64,000 nt of DNA from positions 2,688,001 through 2,752,000 of the forward strand of contig CBDBCY010000004.1 in assembly GCA_965203555.1 (NCBI GenBank), in the 5' to 3' direction. Shown piece by piece: positions 57,073 through 64,000 of this stretch (the stretch's first letter is position 1; the number at the start of each line of letters is the position of its first letter). A program made the translations under genes and the position numbers. Origin of the DNA: Acidimicrobiia bacterium. GTDB lineage: Bacteria; Actinomycetota; Acidimicrobiia; Spongiisociales; ZC4RG35. The notes beneath the pieces are model-generated. The model did not search any database, had not been told where the DNA came from, and was given only the letters and a program-made list of their open reading frames with translations.

Positions 57073-58242
57073 ATGCCCCGGCTGCTGACGGAGCGACCGA
57101 TCCGGGGCGAGCGCCTGGTTGCCGCCTTGGGGCTCGGTCTGATGATCTTTGCCGCGGCATGCGCATCCCCGAAGGACGGACCGGGGATCGAGGCTGCCAC
57201 GGATACGCATTCGGGGGCGAGCGGGACGAGTGTGGCGGAAGGTGTTGATGAAGACCGGGAGGCCACCGTCCCCACCACCGGGTCGGAAGATCCCAAGAAG
57301 TCGGGGGCAGGGCCTGACGCCACCGGTGAGCCGTCGACGGAGGAGGCGGCAGAGAAGACCCGGTCGGCGGAAGTGGAAACCGACGAGGGGGTTGAAGAGC
57401 CCTTCCTGCCGGTCACCGTGGTGGACGAGACGGGGATCTCGGTGACGGTCGAGTCGATAGAACGAATCATTCCCCTGGACGGCGACATAGCGGAGGTGGT
57501 CTTCGCCCTGGGACTGGGAGATCGGGTGGTGGCCACCGACCTGTCGGCCACCTACCCGCCCGAGGCGGACGAACTCCCCCAGATCGGGTACCAGCGAGCC
57601 CTGTCCACCGAACCGATCGCCGCCTTCGAACCTCATGTGCTGCTGGCCACCGCCCTGGCCGGACCCCCCGAAACCCTGGACGAGCTGCGGCGTCTGGGGT
57701 TTCCGCTGATCATCGTTCCCAGCGAGCCCACCTCCGAGGGCCCGGGAAGGAAGATTCGGGCGGTGGCCGCGGCACTTGGAGTCCCGAGACGGGGAGAAGC
57801 ATTGGCGGCCGAAGTCGAAGAGGCCATAGCGGCGGCCGGCGCAGCGGGGGAGTGCCGGAAAGAGTGCCCTCGGGTCATGATGGTCTACGTGCGGGGCACT
57901 GCCGCCCAGTTGGTTTTCGGAGAGTCCTCACCCACCCGATGGCTCATCGAGGCTGCCGGGGGCCTGGATGTCTCCAGGGAGATGGGGATCACAGACCCCG
58001 TTCCCATTTCCGCCGAGGCGATCGTTAGCGCCGCCCCGGACGTTCTGATCACCACTGAAGTCGGATTGGAGTCGGTGGGCGGGATCGACGGCCTGTTGCG
58101 GATTCCCGGCCTGGCGGGGACTCCGGCCGGGCGGGCACGAAGGGTTTTGACCTACGACGCTCAGCTCCTGCTGGGAAACGGTCCGCGAGTGGGCGACCTG
58201 CTGGCCCGGCTGACCGATGACTTGAAAGGCATCAACGAGTAA
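57073..58242 (+). CDS. Heme/hemin ABC substrate-binding lipoprotein (HmuT-like)
   Basis: Lipobox AAAC; EVVFALGLGDRVVATD, IGYQRALSTE (heme Tyr), TPAG, GPR. Confidence 0.8.
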   Translation: MPRLLTERPIRGERLVAALGLGLMIFAAACASPKDGPGIEAATDTHSGASGTSVAEGVDEDREATVPTTGSEDPKKSGAGPDATGEPSTEEAAEKTRSAEVETDEGVEEPFLPVTVVDETGISVTVESIERIIPLDGDIAEVVFALGLGDRVVATDLSATYPPEADELPQIGYQRALSTEPIAAFEPHVLLATALAGPPETLDELRRLGFPLIIVPSEPTSEGPGRKIRAVAAALGVPRRGEALAAEVEEAIAAAGAAGECRKECPRVMMVYVRGTAAQLVFGESSPTRWLIEAAGGLDVSREMGITDPVPISAEAIVSAAPDVLITTEVGLESVGGIDGLLRIPGLAGTPAGRARRVLTYDAQLLLGNGPRVGDLLARLTDDLKGINE

Positions 58243-58255
58243 GGAAAGGAATGAT

Positions 58256-59794
58256 GTGATGCAGACTGTCCAGAACAGGGAATCGACGACCTCACCAAAC
58301 AGAAGTGGAGCTTCAGGGACCCTGCGGGTCTGGTTGGCGCTGGCCGTGGCGCTCCTCCTGGTGGGAGGCGCCTGCGGGAGCGATCCGGAACCGGCGGCGA
58401 CCACCGCCTCGGTCACAGAGACCACCTCCGCGCCGACCACCGCCGCGGCGCCCGCCGCCACTACGGCTGCTGAAACCACCACCACCGTTGCTGCGACCAC
58501 CACCACGGAGGCGGTGACCACCACTGCCGGCGAGCAGACCGAGACCATGGAGGACGACCGGCAGGACGCCGCTGAAGTCTTTGCGGTGACCATCCCTCAC
58601 AAGTACGGGGAGACGGTCATCGAATCCCGCCCCGAGCGGGTGGTCACGGTGGGGTTCAGCGAACAGGACCCGGTCCTGGCCCTGGGTGTGGTCCCGGTGG
58701 CGGTGCGGGAGTGGTTCGGAGGCTATCCCCATGCGGTGTGGCCCTGGGCCCAGGATGAGCTGGGTGACGGGACGCCGCAAGTGCTGACCATGGCCTACGG
58801 CGACCTCAACTACGAACTGTTGGCGTCTCTGTCACCGGACCTGCTGGTCGCCACCCATGCCGGCATCACCGAGGAGGAATATGCGCTCCTGTCCGCAATC
58901 GCTCCAACCCTGCCCGAGCCGGCCGAGTATCCGGCTTTCGGGGTTCCCTGGCATGGGCAGACCGTACTCATCGGAACCGCACTGGGACTGGCCGCAGAAG
59001 CCGAAGCGCTGGTGGCCGGGACAGTGAGCGCCGTGGAGGAAACCAACCGACTGCACGGGGGGTTCGGCGGCGCCACCTTCGCGTGGGCCAATCCCACCGG
59101 TGACGGGACCTACTGGGTGGTGGGCGCCAACACCCCTCCCATGCGGCTGCTGCAGGACCTGGGTCTCACCTATCCCGACGAGATCGCCGCGGTGGTGGGA
59201 GACCTGGACTCCTATGAACTCAGCGGCGAACGGATCGAACTGCTGGACGTGGACGTGCTCATAATGCGAGCCTCTGCAGATCAGCAGGCCGCTTTCGAGG
59301 ACGATCCCCTGTGGGGCGCGCTGGATGTGATGGCCGAAGACCGCATCCTCTGGCTGGATTCCTCCGATCCGATCTACGGCGCGCTCAGTTTCACCACCAT
59401 ATTGAGCATCGAGTACCTGCTCGAGGAGTTGACGCCGCTCATCATGGCCAAGGTCTACCCGGAGGAGGCGGCGGCCATGAGCGCATGGGCGATCGTGTTC
59501 GACTCCAATGCGGAATGGTCCCTCAAGGCGCCCCACATCGGGGACTCCGAGAACCTCGAGGCAAGCAACGAGCAGTACCGGGCGGGTGGAGAGGCGATGG
59601 GCGGGTTCAGCCTCCGGCCCACCATGGCCGTGATAGAAGGCGACACTGCCACCATCACCTACGACGTGCTGTTCGGCGAGTCCGCCGCCTACCGGGATCT
59701 GATGGGCGTGATCGATCTGATCGAAGGAACATGGGTGGTCAGCCGGGACACCTATTGCGGATTCCTGGCCCAGGCTCGTACGCCTTGCGGCTGA
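58256..59794 (+). CDS. Iron-siderophore ABC substrate-binding lipoprotein with Thr/Ala linker and extra C-terminal domain
   Basis: Lipobox GGAC; TIPHKYGETVI..PERVV, LALGVVPV, LSPDLL, ELSGERIELLD. Confidence 0.85.
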   Translation: MMQTVQNRESTTSPNRSGASGTLRVWLALAVALLLVGGACGSDPEPAATTASVTETTSAPTTAAAPAATTAAETTTTVAATTTTEAVTTTAGEQTETMEDDRQDAAEVFAVTIPHKYGETVIESRPERVVTVGFSEQDPVLALGVVPVAVREWFGGYPHAVWPWAQDELGDGTPQVLTMAYGDLNYELLASLSPDLLVATHAGITEEEYALLSAIAPTLPEPAEYPAFGVPWHGQTVLIGTALGLAAEAEALVAGTVSAVEETNRLHGGFGGATFAWANPTGDGTYWVVGANTPPMRLLQDLGLTYPDEIAAVVGDLDSYELSGERIELLDVDVLIMRASADQQAAFEDDPLWGALDVMAEDRILWLDSSDPIYGALSFTTILSIEYLLEELTPLIMAKVYPEEAAAMSAWAIVFDSNAEWSLKAPHIGDSENLEASNEQYRAGGEAMGGFSLRPTMAVIEGDTATITYDVLFGESAAYRDLMGVIDLIEGTWVVSRDTYCGFLAQARTPCG

Positions 59795-59859
59795 GCTGTC
59801 CACGATCTTCGCCGGTCCCGGCTCGGAGCTAGGGGTTGGCAGGAGGAGACTCCGTGAAG

Positions 59860-59893
59860 GAAAGGCACTCGGCCACCGCGGCGGAGTGCCTTC
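59860..59893 (+). other. Intercistronic stem-loop after SBP gene (mRNA stabiliser or partial terminator)
   Basis: AAGGCACTC (59862-59870) / GAGTGCCTT (59884-59892). Confidence 0.55.
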
Positions 59894-59902
59894 CGCCATC
59901 GG

Positions 59903-60967
59903 ATGGCGCGGCCCGCCGGCATGTCGGATAGGGGCTTGAGCAACCTGCAACTCGACACGATGCCGAAGGTGCCAACCAGGCAGATCGCAGGGTTGGGGGT
60001 GATGGCCGCGGCGTTGCTGGTGGCGGTTCTCGCCTCGCTGTCCACCGGTGCCAAGCCGATTCCGGTGTCCACCGTGCTGGATGCTTTCTGGTCTTTCGAT
60101 CCTTCGGCCACCGACCATCTCATCGTGAGAGAGTTGCGGCTGTGGCGCACCGTGGTTGGCGTGGGAGTGGGATCGGCCCTGGCCGTTGCCGGAGCGCTCA
60201 TGCAGGGCGTGACCCGCAATCCGCTGGCCGATCCCGGCCTGCTGGGAGTCAACGCCGGCGCCTCCTTCGCGGTGGTGCTGGCGATCTGGGCACTGGGATT
60301 GCAGAGTCTGCTCGGGCTGGTCTGGTTTGCGTTCGGCGGGGCGGCTTTGGCAACCGCAGTGGTGCTGGCGATGGGTTCGGTGGGCAGGGGAGGAAGCATC
60401 CCGGTGCGGTTGGTGCTGGCCGGTGTCGCACTGGCCGCTCTGCTGGGGTCGCTCACCGCCTCGGTCACCCTGCTGGATCAGGCCGTGCTGGACCGCTTCC
60501 GGTTCTGGGCCGTGGGTTCCCTGTCGGGCCTGGACAGCACCGTCGGCTTCCAGGTCCTTCCCTTCCTGGCCGCCGGCATGCTGATCGCCTTGGCACTGTC
60601 CCGTCAACTGAACGCCTTGGCCCTGGGTGAGGAGGTGGCCCGCTCGCTGGGCATCGGCCTGGTGAGGGTCCGCTTCCTGGCGGTGGTGGCGGTCACCCTG
60701 CTCTGTGGTGCGGCGGTGGCCGCCTGCGGGCCGATCGGTTTCGTGGGCCTGGTCGTTCCGCATGCCGCCCGAGTGGTGAGCGGGGCCGACCAGCGCTGGC
60801 TGATCCCCATTTGCGCCCTGCTGGGGCCGACGTTGCTCTTGGTGTGCGACACCGTCGGCCGGATCATCGCCCGTCCTGCCGAGGTGCAGGTGGGGATAAC
60901 TACCGCGGCCATCGGCGGAGTGGTGTTCGTGGCGGTTGTCCGGCAGGTTCGGATGGCGCAACTATGA
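59903..60967 (+). CDS. FecCD-family iron-siderophore permease
   Basis: MQGVTRNPLADPGLLGVNAGA, LALGEEVARSLG, GPIGFVGLVVPH; start may be 59960. Confidence 0.92.
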   Translation: MARPAGMSDRGLSNLQLDTMPKVPTRQIAGLGVMAAALLVAVLASLSTGAKPIPVSTVLDAFWSFDPSATDHLIVRELRLWRTVVGVGVGSALAVAGALMQGVTRNPLADPGLLGVNAGASFAVVLAIWALGLQSLLGLVWFAFGGAALATAVVLAMGSVGRGGSIPVRLVLAGVALAALLGSLTASVTLLDQAVLDRFRFWAVGSLSGLDSTVGFQVLPFLAAGMLIALALSRQLNALALGEEVARSLGIGLVRVRFLAVVAVTLLCGAAVAACGPIGFVGLVVPHAARVVSGADQRWLIPICALLGPTLLLVCDTVGRIIARPAEVQVGITTAAIGGVVFVAVVRQVRMAQL

Positions 60968-62046
60968 CTCGCCCGACCTCCGGGGCCGGTCGCTCCACCG
61001 GCGCCTGCACCGGCCGTCCTGCTCGGTCGAGGGGCGGACTCGGTGGCCCGACCCGGACCTCGAGGCGCACGATCGGCGTATGCATCCTGCTCGGCGGGGC
61101 CATACTGGCCGTCGCGTTCTGGTCGGTGAGTGTCGGGGACTTCCCGATTCCCTTCGGGGAGGTGATCCGGTTTCTTCGGGGAGAAGGTGACGAGGCCGCC
61201 GGCTTCATCGTGGGGACCCTGCGCCTTCCCCGGGTGATCACCGGGGCGCTGGTGGGCGCAGCGCTGGGAATATCGGGGGCCATCTTCCAGTCGCTGGCCC
61301 GCAATCCGCTGGCCTCTCCGGATGTGATCGGTTTCACTCCCGGGGCGGCGCTCGGCGCCGTCCTCACCCTGGCCCTGTGGCCCGGCTCGACCCTGCGCAT
61401 GGCCCTGGGAGCGGTGATCGGCGGAATGGCCACCGCTTCGATCGTGTACCTGCTGGCCTGGAAACGGGGATTGAGAATCTACCGGATGGTGCTGATCGGG
61501 ATCGGGATGGGATTCGTGGTCCGAGCCGGGGTGGAGTACCTGGTGATCCGCGCCGAGATCAGCGATCTGGCTAGGGCGGCGGTGTGGCTCACCGGCTCGT
61601 TGAGTGGGCGCACCTGGGAAAATGTCGCCGTCGTGGCCCTGGCTCTCGGGGTGCTGGGCCCTCTGGCGGTGGCCCTGCAGGATCGTCTCGATGTCCTGGC
61701 CCTGGGCGACGACATTGCCGCGGCGCTGGGAATCCCGGTGAACCGGGTGAAGCTGGCCCTGGTGGCGGTGGGGGTGGCGCTGGCGGCCCTGGCCGTGGCC
61801 GGGGCGGGCCCCATCTCATTCGTGGCGCTGATGGCGGGCCCCATCGCCCGGCGGTTGGCGCGCACCGCGGGAGCGGGTATAGTCCCCTCCGCCCTGGTGG
61901 GTGCGCTGCTGGTGGTTGCCGCCGACCTGATGGCCCGAAGACTCCTGGCGCCCGTCGAGCTTCCGGTGGGCGTGTTCACCGCCCTGCTGGGCGCTCCGTA
62001 CCTGCTGTGGCTGCTGGTGCGCCAGACCCGGGCGGGTGACTTGTGA
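60964..62046 (+). CDS. FecCD-family iron-siderophore permease
   Basis: LRLPRV, FQSLARNPLASPDVIG, WLTGSL, LALGDDIAAALG, PVGVFT..GAPY. Confidence 0.92.
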   Translation: MTRPTSGAGRSTGACTGRPARSRGGLGGPTRTSRRTIGVCILLGGAILAVAFWSVSVGDFPIPFGEVIRFLRGEGDEAAGFIVGTLRLPRVITGALVGAALGISGAIFQSLARNPLASPDVIGFTPGAALGAVLTLALWPGSTLRMALGAVIGGMATASIVYLLAWKRGLRIYRMVLIGIGMGFVVRAGVEYLVIRAEISDLARAAVWLTGSLSGRTWENVAVVALALGVLGPLAVALQDRLDVLALGDDIAAALGIPVNRVKLALVAVGVALAALAVAGAGPISFVALMAGPIARRLARTAGAGIVPSALVGALLVVAADLMARRLLAPVELPVGVFTALLGAPYLLWLLVRQTRAGDL

Positions 62047-62091
62047 GTGAAGGAAAGCCTTGGCGAGTTTGGATTTCAGGGCAAGGAGGTG

Positions 62092-62883
62092 ATGGTGAGC
62101 CGGCTGGAAGCTGAAGCGGTGGACCTGGCCTACGACCGCCGGTTGGTGGTGGAGGGTCTGAGCCTGTCCGTTCCGGACGGAAGGATCACCGCCATCGTCG
62201 GTCCCAACGCCTGCGGCAAGTCGACGCTGCTGCGGGCCATGGCTCGGCTGCTGCGTCCCCGGGAGGGGATGGTGGCGCTGGACGGCAGGAACATCCACGA
62301 CCTCCCCACCCGGGAGGTGGCGCGACGGCTGGGGTTGCTTCCCCAGAGTCCGGTGGCGCCGGCCGGGATCCGGGTGATGGACCTGGTGTCGCGGGGCCGG
62401 ACCCCCTACCAGGGCCTGTTCCGGCAATGGTCGGAGCAGGACCGGACCGCGGTGGAGGAGGCGATGGCCGCCACCGGCACCCTGCACCTGGCGGACCGGA
62501 TGGTGGACGAACTGTCCGGCGGGCAGCGCCAGCGGGTGTGGATCGCCATGGTGCTTGCCCAGCAGACCGAACTGTTGCTGCTGGACGAACCGACCACGTT
62601 CCTGGACATTGCCCACCAGATCGAGGTGTTGGACATGGTGGCGAGGCTCAATCGGGACTGGGGCCGCACCATTGTCATCGTCCTCCACGACCTGAACCTG
62701 GCTTGTCGCTATGCCCATCACCTGGTGGCCATGCGCGACGGGTCGGTGGTCTCCTCCGGGACTCCGGACCAGGTGATCACCGAAGACCTGGTGAGCGAGG
62801 TCTTCGGGGTGGAAGCGTTGGTGATGCCCGACCCGGTAACCGGGGCGCCCATGGTGATTCCGGCCGGAGCACCCGCCTCATAA
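62092..62883 (+). CDS. Iron-siderophore ABC transporter ATP-binding protein (FepC-like)
   Basis: [39 protein letters not shown]. Confidence 0.93.
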   Translation: MVSRLEAEAVDLAYDRRLVVEGLSLSVPDGRITAIVGPNACGKSTLLRAMARLLRPREGMVALDGRNIHDLPTREVARRLGLLPQSPVAPAGIRVMDLVSRGRTPYQGLFRQWSEQDRTAVEEAMAATGTLHLADRMVDELSGGQRQRVWIAMVLAQQTELLLLDEPTTFLDIAHQIEVLDMVARLNRDWGRTIVIVLHDLNLACRYAHHLVAMRDGSVVSSGTPDQVITEDLVSEVFGVEALVMPDPVTGAPMVIPAGAPAS

Positions 62884-63039
62884 GCCAAGACCCGCCACAA
62901 ATCGCGGCGCTGCACGAATCAACCTCGGAACCCTTCTCAAGACCTCCACTGCAAGCAAGGACAGGCGGCGCCTGGTGGACACCCCACCAGGGATTCCTTA
63001 CAGTCGTAAGGATCTGAATTTCGATATGCTCGGAGTTTG

Positions 63040-63369
63040 ATGAGCAGACCACTGTTGCCGCCCTCTGGTTTGGTTGGGGAGCAGACCCGGAGTGGAGAAT
63101 ACGAGCAGATGGGAGGGGAGATGTGCAGACATCTTGACGAACACGGCCCGTTCGCCCGAGGGGATACGCTGTTCGCCGCTGGTCATCACACCGAAAACCG
63201 TTGGGTGTGGTTCAACTTCCTCACGGTCACCTTGGACGACATCATGAGAGAATGCGCCATTCCCGAGGACCGGAGGGAGCAACGGAGGTTGCGGTACCGT
63301 AGGTACGCGAACGATTTCCTTCGATCCCACACCGGACCGGAACAGACTCTGCCTCTCCTCCAAGATTAA
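63040..63369 (+). CDS. Hypothetical protein (109 aa)
   Basis: GGAG RBS, globular-looking sequence, followed by a hairpin at ~63373-63398; no recognised motif. Confidence 0.5.
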   Translation: MSRPLLPPSGLVGEQTRSGEYEQMGGEMCRHLDEHGPFARGDTLFAAGHHTENRWVWFNFLTVTLDDIMRECAIPEDRREQRRLRYRRYANDFLRSHTGPEQTLPLLQD

Positions 63370-63593
63370 TCAATAGGAGGGGGATCGTTCCTCCCTATCT
63401 CTAGGCGTGACTTCCGGTGCCCCAAGGAGGTGTGTGTAATCTTCCATGCCCGGTATCTCTGACAACATACCGACTCCGTTGAAAGCCCCACTTACAGAGA
63501 ACTGAAGTCAGGAAGCCGGGGACCGGTCGCCGAACACCGCATCCAACCGGTCAACATCCCGTAGGGTGTGTTGACGCTTTGGGTGGGGGCTGT

Positions 63594-64000
63594 TTATTTT
63601 CTCTGTTTGACGGGGCGGCGGCGTTTGGGGCGTCGGCGGTAACGGTTGGGGGTTTGGTATCGTCGTGGCCGGTCGGTTGGTGGCCGGCGGAGGGTGTATG
63701 TCCCGGTGGGGGTTTTGTGTACTGTCCAATCCTGGTCGTGGACTTTGTGGTGGCATCGGCTGCACAGAAGACACATGTTGTCCAGGTTGGTGGGACCCTG
63801 GTTCTGCCAGTGGACGATGTGGTGGGCTTGGCACCAGGAGGCCTTGGCGCCGCATCCGATGCAGTGTTTGTCGCGGGCGACGAGCGCGGCCCGTTGGGTT
63901 CCGCTGGCCGTTCGCCGGGCCCGTCCCAAATCCAATGGTATGGAAGGTCCTGAGAAGATGGCCGGGAGGACTTGCGCGTCGCAGGCCAACTGGCGCAGGG
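63594..64000 (-). CDS. DUF222 + HNH endonuclease, second copy (3' part; runs off window)
   Basis: LACDAQVLPAIF..RDKHCIGC..HHIVHW..NLDNMCLLCSRCHHKVH..KQRK*; highly similar to 16410-16820. Confidence 0.9.
   Translation of the reverse strand, partial: LRQLACDAQVLPAIFSGPSIPLDLGRARRTASGTQRAALVARDKHCIGCGAKASWCQAHHIVHWQNQGPTNLDNMCLLCSRCHHKVHDQDWTVHKTPTGTYTLRRPPTDRPRRYQTPNRYRRRPKRRRPVKQRK

Noticed and set aside
58832-60961. Long antisense ORFs (709 aa here; likewise 28778-30433, 33862-35661, 18311-19636, 43740-45215)
   Set aside because: They mirror well-supported genes, lack motifs, and are expected from high-GC codon bias.

Overview
GC-rich bacterial chromosome segment, most consistent with an Actinomycetota (probably Acidimicrobiia-like) genome. 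That assignment is inferred from tat-helY synteny, an F420-type LLM oxidoreductase, DUF222-HNH repeats and an SLH-domain protein. Core content: tatB-tatC-helY, rlmN, metY-ybaK, two orphan family-5 solute-binding lipoproteins, an 11-gene complex I operon (nuoABCD-HIJKLMN, no nuoEFG) and a divergent iron/heme/siderophore ABC cluster. Accessory content: an IS1182-like element inserted in the helY stop codon, decayed IS3 copies, two DUF222-HNH genes, and a ~12 kb cassette-like region with several vapBC modules, a Fic gene and a small-protein/retropepsin pair. Most notable unexplained signals: (i) a ~360 bp palindromic insertion with a 7-bp duplication exactly at the nuoD/nuoH ATGA junction, carrying an ORF that bridges both genes, with a second family member near 14.6 kb; (ii) two cases where passenger genes are flanked by a diverged, displaced copy of a neighbouring gene's 3' end; (iii) a candidate Met-sensing leader peptide upstream of metY; (iv) repeat-flanked DUF222-HNH units with a RecA-NDp-like leaderless promoter; (v) several multi-hairpin intergenic elements. 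All calls are by eye from sequence and motifs; no database searches were run.
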